The notes under the pieces were generated by a model. The model ran no database searches and was not told the origin of the DNA. It saw only the letters and a program-made list of their open reading frames with translations. A stretch of 64,000 bases of DNA from Kiritimatiellota bacterium. GTDB lineage: Bacteria; Verrucomicrobiota; Kiritimatiellia; JAAZAB01. Made by a program: the position numbers and the translations under genes. Shown piece after piece: positions 38,400 through 48,569 of the stretch. The stretch is taken from assembly GCA_026398415.1 (NCBI GenBank), contig JAPLSY010000087.1:17826-81825 (forward strand). Reading direction: 5' to 3'. Each line of letters begins with the position of its first letter. The first letter of the stretch is position 1.

Positions 38400-39410
38400 T
38401 TAAAGGGCGAAGCCCTCGGCAAACGGATCTTCCGGGTCGATAACAAACCGGTGAAATCCTGTCAGGAACGGCCGGCAACTAATCCTGGGAATGATGGCGG
38501 GGATGTCGCCCACCTGGGTTTCAGCGATGATTTCCCCTTTAAACACCGAGCGAATGGAACTCTCGTGCCGGAACGGCTGGTTCAAGCGCAATCGCCCCTT
38601 GCGGTGCAGGACCGCCATGCGCGCGCAGGTGCCGGTGCCACAGGGTGAACGGTCCGCCTGGGCTTCGCCCAGAATAACGATGTTGCGCGCGTCGGCATGC
38701 GGACCTGACGGCGGCGCCGTGATCATGCAGATGTCGATGGTTTGGATATGCCGCTGGACGGGATGTTGAACCTGAATCTGCCGGTTGGCGGCCGATCGAA
38801 TCGCGATTCCCAGTTTGATCAGTTCGTTCGTGTGTTCCGGGTCGATGCTGGTGACGCCCAACTGCGCCGCTTCCACAATGACGAAAAAATTACCGCCGAA
38901 AGCGATATCCACGGTGATCGAACCGTGGCCAGGCAGGTCTATCTGCGAATCCACCGTCCAGGCGAATGACGGGACATCCACGAGGCTGACTTCCTTCACA
39001 CAGCCTTCCGGATCGGTCGTGACCGTACCTTCCACTATGCCTGCAGGCGTCTCCAGCTTGACAACCGTGTATGGCGGCGTCGCCGCGATGCGCCCGGTTT
39101 CCACCATCATGGCGCAAATACCCAGCGACGCATGTCCGCACATGTTGTAATACAGCCCGCCGTCCATATAAATCACCGCAGCGTCCGCACGCGGGTCCAG
39201 GGCCGGCAAAAGAATGCCGCCAAACATATCCCGATGCGCCCGGGGTTCGCGCATAAGCGATTTTCTCAACCAGTCCATGTTACTCGCCAGATAACGCATG
39301 CGTTCGGCCATGGTATGGCCTTTGACCGGCGGAAACCCGTCCACGATAATCCGCGTCGGTTCACCGGCGGTATGGGAGTCAACGACACTGACCATTTGTT
39401 TGAAGCGCAT
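38400..39410 (-). CDS. Proline racemase family protein (PrdF-like)
   Basis: DSHTAGEPTR, DMFG, NMCGH and DRSPCGTGT (two catalytic Cys). Confidence 0.92.
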   Translation of the reverse strand: MRFKQMVSVVDSHTAGEPTRIIVDGFPPVKGHTMAERMRYLASNMDWLRKSLMREPRAHRDMFGGILLPALDPRADAAVIYMDGGLYYNMCGHASLGICAMMVETGRIAATPPYTVVKLETPAGIVEGTVTTDPEGCVKEVSLVDVPSFAWTVDSQIDLPGHGSITVDIAFGGNFFVIVEAAQLGVTSIDPEHTNELIKLGIAIRSAANRQIQVQHPVQRHIQTIDICMITAPPSGPHADARNIVILGEAQADRSPCGTGTCARMAVLHRKGRLRLNQPFRHESSIRSVFKGEIIAETQVGDIPAIIPRISCRPFLTGFHRFVIDPEDPFAEGFAL

Positions 39411-39427
39411 GGCGGTTAATTCGTCAG

Positions 39428-40405
39428 TTACAACGGGAGCCGGACACCGGCGCCGGTCTTGACCGCGCGTTCATAAAGCACTTTTGCCGTGACCATGTCG
39501 TCCACGGCAATACCCATGTTCATGGCGAAGATTTTTTCGCGGGCATTGGTACGCCCTTTTTTCTTTCCCGCCGCCAGTTCGCCCAGGTCGGCGTAAATCT
39601 TTTTCGGAATGCCGCTGAAATAGACACCATGCTCCTTGATGGAGAGCATCTGGCCCACGTCATCGGTGCAGAACTTGTCGCATTCCTTCATGGCGGCGCT
39701 GGTCCAGGCAGAGTCATAATCCAGCGACACGCCCAGGCCGCCGGCTTTAAGCATTCCGGCATCCAGTGGCGGTTTCGGCTTGGTGACAAGAGCGATGGCC
39801 GAAAAAACCACGTCGGCGTCCTTCATTATGTCGGCGGGCTTATCGCAGGGAATTAATTGCAACTTCGGAAACAGCTTGCCCATCTCGTCCATGAACCGCT
39901 TGGCGGCCGCCGGGAACACATCGCAACAACGGACTTCCTTGAGCTGAGGAAGGGTTTCGACCAAGGCCATCAAGCTCGTACGCGCCTGTACGCCGCAACC
40001 GAGGATGCCGGCCGTGCAACTGTCCGGGCGCGCCAGGTACTTGGCGGCGATCCCGGCACTGGCCCCGGTGCGCATGGCGGTGATCCACGCACAGTCCATG
40101 ACGGCGATGGGGATGCCCGTGGCGGGATCGTTGAGCACTAGCAGCCCCGTGATGTAGGGCAAACCCTTGCCCGGGTTGGAAGGATAGCCGCTGACCCATT
40201 TCAGGCCGGCCGCCTCGACCTCCTGCACGTACGCCGGCATGGCATGAATAAAGGCGTTCGGCCGGGGATGAATGCCGGGCTTGGGAGGCATCTCGGTCTT
40301 GCCGAGCCCTTTGAGCCGAAAGCCGTTATCCACGGCGGCCAGTACGTCCTTCATGGTCATATGCAGGTCTTCGACATCCTTGCGACTGAGATAAATCAGT
40401 TCCAT
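39428..40405 (-). CDS. Ornithine cyclodeaminase/mu-crystallin family protein
   Basis: HAMPAY, KWVSGYPSN, ITAMRTGA and GCGVQAR. Start moved to ATG 40405. Confidence 0.92.
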   Translation of the reverse strand: MELIYLSRKDVEDLHMTMKDVLAAVDNGFRLKGLGKTEMPPKPGIHPRPNAFIHAMPAYVQEVEAAGLKWVSGYPSNPGKGLPYITGLLVLNDPATGIPIAVMDCAWITAMRTGASAGIAAKYLARPDSCTAGILGCGVQARTSLMALVETLPQLKEVRCCDVFPAAAKRFMDEMGKLFPKLQLIPCDKPADIMKDADVVFSAIALVTKPKPPLDAGMLKAGGLGVSLDYDSAWTSAAMKECDKFCTDDVGQMLSIKEHGVYFSGIPKKIYADLGELAAGKKKGRTNAREKIFAMNMGIAVDDMVTAKVLYERAVKTGAGVRLPL

Positions 40406-40530
40406 GGGAATTCCTTTCGTTACGGGTTCATTCGAATACATAATTTATGGTTTATGATATTGCCTCTCTGCAAAACAGTATCTATATTGCACATTAAATG
40501 TAATTGCAACCATAGAAAACGGAGGAACCC

Positions 40531-40986
40531 ATGAGCAGCCCTGAAGAAAATATCTTTGCCTTGCTGAAGGAACGCCAGACCCCGCATGAGGTGATTGAAC
40601 ATACCCCGGTGTACACCAACGCCGCCATGGCAGAAGCGCTGGGCATACCCTTAGCCGACACTGTCAAAAATATAATGCTGGAAACCACCGAAGGCGAAAT
40701 CATTTTGGTGGTCCTTCCGGGAGACCAGCGCTTCGACTCGAAACGGCTGACGGCCAAGGCGGGGACCAAGCGGGTAACCTTCGCCAAGCCGGAAAAGGTG
40801 CTGGAATTCGCGGGGTGCGAGGTGGGCTGCGTGCCGCCTTTCGGTCACGTCAAGCCTGTGCGCGTTTTCCTCGATGGCGCCCTGTTGTCAAAGGGCCAAG
40901 TCTATTTCAATCCCGGTTCGCACACGAAATCGGTGAAGATCGAGGCGGCGCGCCTGCCGGAGCTGGGCGCGATGATCCAGTTCTGA
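40531..40986 (+). CDS. YbaK/ProX family aminoacyl-tRNA deacylase
   Basis: VKNIML, GCVPPFG and FNPG.H motifs; RBS GGAGG. Confidence 0.9.
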   Translation: MSSPEENIFALLKERQTPHEVIEHTPVYTNAAMAEALGIPLADTVKNIMLETTEGEIILVVLPGDQRFDSKRLTAKAGTKRVTFAKPEKVLEFAGCEVGCVPPFGHVKPVRVFLDGALLSKGQVYFNPGSHTKSVKIEAARLPELGAMIQF

Positions 40987-41024
40987 CGATCTGTTGGTAC
41001 GGCAACATTGAAATCTCAGCGCCG

Positions 41025-41990
41025 TCAGCGCGCGGGTTCCACGATGGACACCTTGCACAGCAGCGCGCCGACAACCACCAACACCCCGGCTACCCATAGA
41101 TTGAGACCGATGCCGATGTGCAAATAAAGTCCGTTAATCAGGATCGCTATAAGCGGCGTGAAATAAGCGGCCAGTGAAACCAGGGTGATATTGCCGCGGC
41201 GCATGGCAACACTCCAGCACATATTGGCCAGAAGCGCCACAAACAGGGCAATGAAGATGAATTCCCCTGCGGCCCGCGCCGTCCAGACGGTCGTTTCATG
41301 AAAGAGATATCGCAGGGGCATCATGGCCAGGCCCGTGCCCAGCAGGAAGAACGGCAAGGTGGAACCATCTATCGTCGAGCTGAATTTGCGGCTCAGGTTG
41401 GAATACATTGCCCAGGCAAAGGCGGCGATTGCCATGACGAGGTAAGGCGCCCAATGGGTTTTGATATTGAGGACTAATAGCTCAGAGGAAAATGCGCGCC
41501 CATTTTGCTGCAATAGCCCCAAGGCGACACCGCTCAAGGTCAACAGCATGCCGGGAATCAGCCATGGGCGCGCGCGCCGCCGCAGGATCGGCACCGAAAG
41601 CGCCAGCGTCAGACCGGGCCACAGGTAATTAATCAGCGTCATTTCCATGACCTGTTGGGAGTTCGAAGCCCATCCCAAGGCCGTGAAAAATCCGAAATAA
41701 TACAAAATAAAACAAAAACCGCCACCCAGCCAGTAGGCCGGTGGAATCGACCTCCAGGCCTGCGGCCGCTTCCGTCGTGCCAGCAGCTGAGCGGCCAGAC
41801 CTATCGCGCCCGCCGTGGTGTAAATCATGGCCGCAGCCGTCATTGGGCCGAGCTGGTTCTGCAGACTTTTGCATACGGCCACACTGCTGCTCCAGAGCAG
41901 GATCGCCACCAATCCCAGCAGTGTCGCATTGCGAGCGGCCCGATCAGGGTTATGCACGGATTGAGACGGCATCGACAGATTCATTTTCAT
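41025..41990 (-). CDS. DMT transporter, YddG-like amino-acid exporter
   Basis: ATLLGLVAILLWS, INYLWP and AYFTPL motifs. Start uncertain. Confidence 0.85.
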   Translation of the reverse strand: MKMNLSMPSQSVHNPDRAARNATLLGLVAILLWSSSVAVCKSLQNQLGPMTAAAMIYTTAGAIGLAAQLLARRKRPQAWRSIPPAYWLGGGFCFILYYFGFFTALGWASNSQQVMEMTLINYLWPGLTLALSVPILRRRARPWLIPGMLLTLSGVALGLLQQNGRAFSSELLVLNIKTHWAPYLVMAIAAFAWAMYSNLSRKFSSTIDGSTLPFFLLGTGLAMMPLRYLFHETTVWTARAAGEFIFIALFVALLANMCWSVAMRRGNITLVSLAAYFTPLIAILINGLYLHIGIGLNLWVAGVLVVVGALLCKVSIVEPAR

Positions 41991-42000
41991 CAGGAGCGCC

Positions 42001-43125
42001 TCAGGGTTGCGTGCTCGCCGACGGTTCGGCGTCAAGCCCTTCTTCCTGCTCCGTCAGAACACTGATGACGTAATACCCGATCGGCACGCCCACCACCATG
42101 CCCCAGATACCGAAAAACCGCTCACCGACAAGAATCAGGATCAGGACCAGGATCGGGTGGACGTGCAGAACTTTGGCCGTAATCCGCGGGTTGAGGACAT
42201 AGGCCTCAAACGAGTGGACGATCATGATAAGCACAACGAGCTTGAAGACAAGCAAAAGTCCACCAACTTGAACGCCGAAGAGCAGGATCGGAATGGAGCT
42301 TAGAAATGTTCCGAGAATGGGGATGAAGCCGCAAAAGAATACGATGGTCGAAAGCAAGGCAATATTCGGCACGCCGAAGAACCAAAGCCCTATGGCAGTC
42401 AACACCGTATTGCAGACCGCAATGATCGCCTGGGCGCGGAGCGCCTTACCCAGGACATCGGCAAAAGCAATGAGATGCGGCGCGGCCCCCAGATAGAAGG
42501 TACGGACCCGGCTCCGCTCCAAGTCCTTCATTTTCCCAACGATCCTTTGCCAATCCATGACCAGGATGAAGGAAAAAATGATGGCCAGGAACAGCGAAAT
42601 CAGGATGTGCCAGCCAATTTTGACAAAGCGGAGAATGAAAGCGAGCACATGCGGCAAGGCGGCTTTGACGGCCTTAGCAACCTCGCCCTTAGCGGAATCC
42701 ATCATGGCCGCATATTCCCCCGATTCGATGACGGCCTGGGCTTTTTCTTCGCCCATGCTTTTGACCACGATCTTCTCGACAAATCGGTTGATCTTCTCCT
42801 GCGTTTGCTGCTCGCCTTCGCCGGCAAATTCCAACAACACCTGGTTGGACTCGGCCATCAGTTGCGGCCCCACCCAGACGCCTACCGCCCCTAACAGGCT
42901 CACAAACAGCACAAAAACGGCCGCCGCCGTCAACCGGTAACTAAGATTCGTCCGATGCACAACCCATTGAACGACACCCTTCGTGATATAGACGATCAGG
43001 AAGGTCTCAAAGATCAGCAGGAAAAACGGTTTCAAGAGATAAAAGAGCCCGATGAGAATCGTCCAAAGCACCATCTGCTCCCAGTGGCTCTCAAAGAATT
43101 TCTTAACCCCGGAACTTGCGGGCAT
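42001..43125 (-). CDS. AI-2E family transporter
   Basis: FIPILG, EAYVLNPRI, VHP and FFGIWGMVVGVP motifs; RBS AAGGAG before ATG 43125. Confidence 0.92.
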   Translation of the reverse strand: MPASSGVKKFFESHWEQMVLWTILIGLFYLLKPFFLLIFETFLIVYITKGVVQWVVHRTNLSYRLTAAAVFVLFVSLLGAVGVWVGPQLMAESNQVLLEFAGEGEQQTQEKINRFVEKIVVKSMGEEKAQAVIESGEYAAMMDSAKGEVAKAVKAALPHVLAFILRFVKIGWHILISLFLAIIFSFILVMDWQRIVGKMKDLERSRVRTFYLGAAPHLIAFADVLGKALRAQAIIAVCNTVLTAIGLWFFGVPNIALLSTIVFFCGFIPILGTFLSSIPILLFGVQVGGLLLVFKLVVLIMIVHSFEAYVLNPRITAKVLHVHPILVLILILVGERFFGIWGMVVGVPIGYYVISVLTEQEEGLDAEPSASTQP

Positions 43126-43330
43126 GTTTATCTCCTTTGCATTTCGCATTATTATTGCATGCCAAATATCATGCGCACCTGAATGACGGACAGGCTACCG
43201 CCAATCGGCCCAACCAGCCAGTAAATAAATAGTTGCATAGTCGGAAAAGATAACATAAAAGAGCTATGCGCCAAACCACTTGACCTGACATGTGCGGTCA
43301 TTATGCCCAAACAAAAAGGAGAAGGAAATC

Positions 43331-43720
43331 ATGTTACACAATCCTGACGATTTAAAATATACAAAAACGCATGAATGGGTCCGAACGAAAGACGAGGAGA
43401 TTGAAGTCGGCATCACGGATTTTGCCCAGCACCAGCTTTCCGACATCACCTATGTTGAACTGCCGGAACTGAACCGGCACCTGGATGCCGGCGAGGAAGC
43501 CGTCGTGGTGGAATCCATCAAGGCCGCCTCCGACGTCTATGCACCCATCGCCGGGACCATTGTGGAAGTCAACGAAGCATTGGCTACCACGCCGGAGGTT
43601 ATTAATTCGGATCCCTTTGGCGCCGGCTGGATTTTCCGGATGAAGCCGGACCATGCGAACGATGTGGACGCCCTGCTGTCGTCGGAAGCATACGAGGCCA
43701 GCCTGCCGGCTGAACACTAA
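43331..43720 (+). CDS. gcvH: Glycine cleavage system H protein
   Basis: YTKTHEWV, VGITDFAQ, VESIKAASD (lipoyl Lys) and NSDPFGAGW. Confidence 0.96.
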   Translation: MLHNPDDLKYTKTHEWVRTKDEEIEVGITDFAQHQLSDITYVELPELNRHLDAGEEAVVVESIKAASDVYAPIAGTIVEVNEALATTPEVINSDPFGAGWIFRMKPDHANDVDALLSSEAYEASLPAEH

Positions 43721-43809
43721 GCCGGACGGCGGACGACAGAGGACAGACATCAGGGGTCAGTAAGACGGTCTGAATATTCCAGTTTACGGTCTACAGGCCA
43801 CGGTCTGTT

Positions 43810-45183
43810 TCAGTTCCTCAGACTCTGGATCGGCGCGGGAATGTGCCCGCCGTGGCGGACGAAATCGGCACTGCCGGATGAATTATTGACCGGTATCACC
43901 GTGCCGGAGCCAAAGAGCCCGCCGAAATCAATCCTTTCGCCGACTTTCTTGCCTGGCGCCGGAATGAGCCGCACCGCCGTAGTTTTTTGATTATAAATAC
44001 CGATGGCGGCCTCATCCATGATAATCCCACTCAGGGTAACACTGCTGATATCGCCCGGCACTAGAATCATGTCCAGGCCGACCGAGCAGACGGCGGTCAT
44101 GGCCTCCAATTTTTCCAGCGTCAGGGTTCCATCTGCCACCGCCTTGGCCAGGACGTGATCTTCCATCACGGGAATAAAGGCGCCGGACAAACCGCCCACC
44201 GACGATGACGCAAAGGCGCCACCTTTCTTGACCGCATCGTTCAGGAGCGCCACCGCCGCCGTGGTACCCGGCGCGCCGATCACCTTGACACCCATGGCCT
44301 GATAAATCTCCCCGACACTGTCGCCGACGCGCGGGGTCGGCGCCAGGGATAGATCCAGCACACCGAACTGCATTCCCAGCATTTCCGCCACTTCGCGCCC
44401 GATGAGTTCACCGGTACGCGTGACCCGGAAGGCCGTGTGCTTCACCTCTTCCGCAATCTCGTCGAGCGTACAGCGGGGGTACTGTTCCACCAGCCGTTCG
44501 ATGGCGCGCTTGACGACCCCCGGGCCGCTCACGCCAACATTGATGACACATTCCGGCTCGCCGGCGCCCAGGAACGCGCCCGCCATGAAAGGGTTATCCT
44601 CCGCGGCATTGGCAAAGACCACGAGCTTGGCACAACCGAACCCGTGCGCCTGTTTCGTGGCCTCGGCAATCTTCAGGAGCGTTTCACTCACCAGCAAGAT
44701 GGCGTCCACATTTATGCCGGCCTTGGTCGTGCCGATATTAACCGAGGCACACAGCCGCTGGGTCTGGCTTAGAACCTGCGGCAACGATTCGATCAGCAAG
44801 CGCTCGCCGGGCGTCATGCCTTTATGCACCAGGGCGGTAAACCCGCCGATCAAGTCCACGCCCACTTCCGCCGCAGCCTGATCCAGCGCATGCGCCAGGC
44901 CCAGCGCCGCTTCCGGGGTATGCCCTTCCAGGAGCTGACTGGCCGGCGAGACCGCGATGCGCTTATTGATGATCGGCAGGCCATACTTGGTCGTGAGCTG
45001 GTCGCAGATACGCACCAGGTTGCCGGCCTTGCGTTTAATCTTGGCGCGCACGGCCTTCGTGACCACCGCACTGTCGCGGCCCGCGCAATCGAGCAGATTG
45101 ATGCCCATGGTCACGGTGCGCAAATCCAGGTTTTCCTGCTGGAGCATGCGCACGGTATGCAAAATATCATCGGTCCTGTGCAT
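43810..45183 (-). CDS. DUF711/UPF0210 (PFL-family) protein
   Basis: LDLRTVTMGI, EDNPFMAGA, GGLSGAFIPV.ED and KLEAMTAVCSVGLDM motifs. Confidence 0.93.
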   Translation of the reverse strand: MHRTDDILHTVRMLQQENLDLRTVTMGINLLDCAGRDSAVVTKAVRAKIKRKAGNLVRICDQLTTKYGLPIINKRIAVSPASQLLEGHTPEAALGLAHALDQAAAEVGVDLIGGFTALVHKGMTPGERLLIESLPQVLSQTQRLCASVNIGTTKAGINVDAILLVSETLLKIAEATKQAHGFGCAKLVVFANAAEDNPFMAGAFLGAGEPECVINVGVSGPGVVKRAIERLVEQYPRCTLDEIAEEVKHTAFRVTRTGELIGREVAEMLGMQFGVLDLSLAPTPRVGDSVGEIYQAMGVKVIGAPGTTAAVALLNDAVKKGGAFASSSVGGLSGAFIPVMEDHVLAKAVADGTLTLEKLEAMTAVCSVGLDMILVPGDISSVTLSGIIMDEAAIGIYNQKTTAVRLIPAPGKKVGERIDFGGLFGSGTVIPVNNSSGSADFVRHGGHIPAPIQSLRN

Positions 45184-45204
45184 GACTGGTTTCTTCCGCC
45201 TTAA

Positions 45205-45771
45205 TCAAGGTTTCAGCAAACGCCGGATGGAGCCTACTTCGTTCGTGGCCCGGAACAGATTTTCGTGCTGCAGACCGATCACCAGGGCAAAGGGCGCCAT
45301 GACAGCGCGCAGTTCGTCCTGGACCTGCTTGAGGTCTAAATGCGCGGGCACGGTCACTTCCCCAATGTGGGTGACCTGTTCGCCGACGATCCGAAAGAAC
45401 AGATCCTCGACATTGATCTTTTTCTCGGCCAGATATCCGGTGAGCGCCTTCAGAATGCCCGGCCGGTCTTTACCGGACATGGTAAGAATATAGCGGCCAC
45501 CATCGCAAGGCACGCAGGAGCGCGGGGTATATGGCCGAACGAGCACAGACGCCTCGTCCTTGTGGAACCGGTTCTGGATGGCGCAGCGAATGGCTTCCTC
45601 GCCGACTGCCTGCGGAAACGCCACGGTCATGATGACGGTAAAATAGCCCTGCACAACCGTCTGGCTGATCCCCTCAATATTGGCGCCCAAGTCCGTCACG
45701 CCCGAGGTGATCGCGCTCAGGATACCCACGCGGTCGGCAATCAGGATGGAAAGAACATAACGATGGTCCAT
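45205..45771 (-). CDS. Double ACT-domain protein (GcvR-like)
   Basis: Two ACT motifs, DRVGIL..NIEGISQ and GKDRPGIL..INVED. Start moved to ATG 45771. Confidence 0.88.
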   Translation of the reverse strand: MDHRYVLSILIADRVGILSAITSGVTDLGANIEGISQTVVQGYFTVIMTVAFPQAVGEEAIRCAIQNRFHKDEASVLVRPYTPRSCVPCDGGRYILTMSGKDRPGILKALTGYLAEKKINVEDLFFRIVGEQVTHIGEVTVPAHLDLKQVQDELRAVMAPFALVIGLQHENLFRATNEVGSIRRLLKP

Positions 45772-45864
45772 ATTAATCCTCGCGCTGTAAAAACATGGAG
45801 AATGTAACGCAAAGCCGCTCAGGCGCAAAGCAAATATTTGATGATAGAGGTGCCGACTCCTTCC

Positions 45865-45893
45865 TTGACATACCAAAAACGGCTGTATTTAAT
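45865..45893 (+). promoter_or_regulatory. sigma70 promoter for lipB (probably leaderless)
   Basis: TTGACA-N17-TTTAAT, with the ATG 6 nt after the -10 box. Confidence 0.65.
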
Positions 45894-45899
45894 GCGCTC

Positions 45900-46610
45900 A
45901 TGACCGCCTGGGCCATCACAATTGATACACCGCTACCTTATGATGATGGTGTTCGCCTGCAGATTGCACTGGTAAATGCCCGCATCGCCGAGACCATTCC
46001 CGATACGGTTTTGTTCCTCGAGCATACTTCCGTCATCACACTCGGTGTGCGCGCCCAGGATAGTCATGTCCTGCTGTCGAGTGCGGACCTGAAACAACGG
46101 CACATTGATCTTTACCACTCGTCGCGCGGCGGCGACGCAACCTGGCACGGGCCCGGTCAGCTTGTGATGTATCCCATTATCCGGCTGGGCGAGCAGGAGG
46201 CCGATGCACACGGCTACTTGCACAACCTGGAAGAAATCGCCATCCGCACCGCCGGAGATTTTGGCGTCACGACCTATCGCCGAGCCGGCCTCACGGGCGC
46301 CTGGACCCAGACCGGCAAGTTGGCGGCCATCGGCATCCGACTCAAACGCTGGGTAACGTTTCACGGCATGAGCTTCAACGTCAAGCCCGACCTCGCCGGG
46401 TTCACCACCATCATCCCCTGCGGCCTGGCGGGTGAGGCCGTCACCTCGCTCGAAAAGCTCCTCGGCGCAACCTGCCCTACCCTGGCGCAGGTCCGGGAAC
46501 ATATGGTCCGGCATTTCAGCAATGTTTGTCGCCGGGAGCTGAAATGTGCCGGTCCTGCGAATCGCCTGCCGGAGGAACTGGAAAAGATTCTCAAGGCGCA
46601 CGCACCGTGA
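45900..46610 (+). CDS. lipB: Lipoyl(octanoyl) transferase
   Basis: LEH..V.TLG, RGGDATWHGPGQLV.YP, KLAAIG, TFHG.SFNV and IIPCGL motifs. Confidence 0.95.
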   Translation: MTAWAITIDTPLPYDDGVRLQIALVNARIAETIPDTVLFLEHTSVITLGVRAQDSHVLLSSADLKQRHIDLYHSSRGGDATWHGPGQLVMYPIIRLGEQEADAHGYLHNLEEIAIRTAGDFGVTTYRRAGLTGAWTQTGKLAAIGIRLKRWVTFHGMSFNVKPDLAGFTTIIPCGLAGEAVTSLEKLLGATCPTLAQVREHMVRHFSNVCRRELKCAGPANRLPEELEKILKAHAP

Positions 46611-46762
46611 ATATAAACCAATATTCCCCGGTAATCCGTCAGCGCATGACATCGGCACGCGAAGCAAAGTAAGTCAAAAAAAGGTGTCCTGGACTCATAT
46701 CGCTTTCAATAGTCAAACGAAACACTTTCGCAATCTGCTAAACAATAAGGAGTTATAATAGC

Positions 46763-47539
46763 ATGATCAACAAACTAACCGCATGGCTGTTCATTCTTAT
46801 GGGAGGCATCGCAATTATGACTGCAGGCGCACGGCAACGCGAAAGCACCGAATGGGTGAATATAACCTCGTATAACGCAAATGACAATAAACTCCCGCGC
46901 GTATTGCTTGTTGGTGATTCCATCTGTAACCAATATCAGTCATTCGCAAAGGACGAACTTGCCGGTAATGCGTACGTTTCTTTCTACGCCACTTCAAAAT
47001 GCGTTACCGACCGTTCGTACCTTAAGGAACTCTCATATATTCTTGAAGAATATGATTATACGGTGATTCATTTCAACAACGGACTTCACAGTCTCACTAC
47101 TGATCCGGCGGAATGGGAGGCGGGGCTACGCGCGGCGTTCAAACTACTCAAGGAAAAGGGTGGGAATGCTAAAATTATCTGGGTCTCATCAACACCCCTC
47201 AAAGATCCCGCGCTTACCGAAAAGGCAAAAGCGCTCAACGCCATCGGCGCTCGTCTGGCGGCCGAAAACGGATTTCCTGTGAACGACCTCTTCGCGCTCA
47301 TGGATCCGCTCGATCGAAGCATCTACTGGGCAGACACGTACCACTTCACCAACGACGGCAAGAAAATGCAGGCAAAGAAAGTTGCTGCCATAATACGCGC
47401 GGTGCTCGGTACAGAGAAAGCGAACGTTGTTGCCAAGGCGGCAACGGATACTGGGTCGGACGGTAAACTCGGACCGGCAAAGTCTGCGGTGACAACAAAT
47501 GCCGCGACTAATCCGCAGCAGAATCAGGGGAAGCATTGA
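46763..47539 (+). CDS. Secreted SGNH/GDSL hydrolase
   Basis: VLLVGDSI, FNNGLH and D.YH motifs; signal peptide; RBS AAGGAG. Confidence 0.88.
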   Translation: MINKLTAWLFILMGGIAIMTAGARQRESTEWVNITSYNANDNKLPRVLLVGDSICNQYQSFAKDELAGNAYVSFYATSKCVTDRSYLKELSYILEEYDYTVIHFNNGLHSLTTDPAEWEAGLRAAFKLLKEKGGNAKIIWVSSTPLKDPALTEKAKALNAIGARLAAENGFPVNDLFALMDPLDRSIYWADTYHFTNDGKKMQAKKVAAIIRAVLGTEKANVVAKAATDTGSDGKLGPAKSAVTTNAATNPQQNQGKH

Positions 47540-47594
47540 ATTAGGGTGAAATGCCGTGCCAAACGAGGGGCGTCAAGGAAAACCGTCATTCCGA

Positions 47595-48569
47595 TTAGGT
47601 CGGCGGCAGTTTCCCGGCAAAATGACAGCGGCTCGTATGGCCCGGACCGACCGCGCGTTCGTCCGGCAGTTGCGCGCGGCACAGATCCATGGCGTAGGGA
47701 CAGCGGGGATGGAAGGGACAACCAGCAACTAAAGAGCTGGCCGTCGGCACTTCGCCTTGCACGATTTCCCGGCGTACACCCGCGGCACGCGCGCGCAATC
47801 CTTTTTCCACGTCCGGCACGGCACTCAGCAGAGCCTGCGTGTAAGGATGCGAGGGGCACGCAAACAGCGCGTCCACCCCCGCCGCTTCGACAATCGCTCC
47901 GGCATACATGACCAGCACCCGGTCGCACATATAGCGGACAACGGCCAGGTCATGGGCAATGAACAGGTACGCCAGGCCCCGCGCCTGCTGCAGGTCCTTC
48001 ATCAAGTTCAGGATTTGCGCCTGCACGGAAACATCCAGCGCCGAAACCGGCTCATCGGCCACGACAAAAACCGGATCCAGCGCCAGTGCACGGGCAATGC
48101 CGACGCGCTGGCGCTGGCCGCCGCTGAACTCGTGGGGATAACGCGCGGCATAATCGGGATCGAGCCCGACCGTCTGCAACAGGTCGCGCACACGCCGCTT
48201 GCGTTCCGCACGGTTGCCCAGCCGGTGCACGGCCAGGCATTCCTCGATGGCCGCGCCGATCGCTATGCGCGGATTGAGCGAACCGTAGGGATCCTGGAAA
48301 ATCATTTGCGACCGGCGCCGGTAGTGAAAAAGGTCCCGGTGAGCGAGCGTCAGCACATCTTGATCTTCAAACCGAACGGTCCCGGCCTGCACCGGCACCA
48401 GACGCAGGACGGCATTGCCCAGCGTGCTTTTACCGCACCCACTCTCACCCACCAGGCCGACGCTTTCACCTTGTTCGACGGCCAGCGAAACGCCATTGAC
48501 CGCGCGCACTTCGTGACCGTGCCCGGCACTGAACCGAACATGCAGATTATTTATTTCCAAAAGTGACAT
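47595..48569 (-). CDS. Peptide ABC transporter ATP-binding protein (OppF/AppF-like)
   Basis: GESGCGKST, FSGGQRQR, DEPVSALDVS and GCPFHPRC motifs. Confidence 0.95.
   Translation of the reverse strand: MSLLEINNLHVRFSAGHGHEVRAVNGVSLAVEQGESVGLVGESGCGKSTLGNAVLRLVPVQAGTVRFEDQDVLTLAHRDLFHYRRRSQMIFQDPYGSLNPRIAIGAAIEECLAVHRLGNRAERKRRVRDLLQTVGLDPDYAARYPHEFSGGQRQRVGIARALALDPVFVVADEPVSALDVSVQAQILNLMKDLQQARGLAYLFIAHDLAVVRYMCDRVLVMYAGAIVEAAGVDALFACPSHPYTQALLSAVPDVEKGLRARAAGVRREIVQGEVPTASSLVAGCPFHPRCPYAMDLCRAQLPDERAVGPGHTSRCHFAGKLPPT

Noticed and set aside
43150-43330. Glycine riboswitch upstream of gcvH
   Set aside because: No GGAGA...CCGAAG / CTCTCAGG core motifs found.
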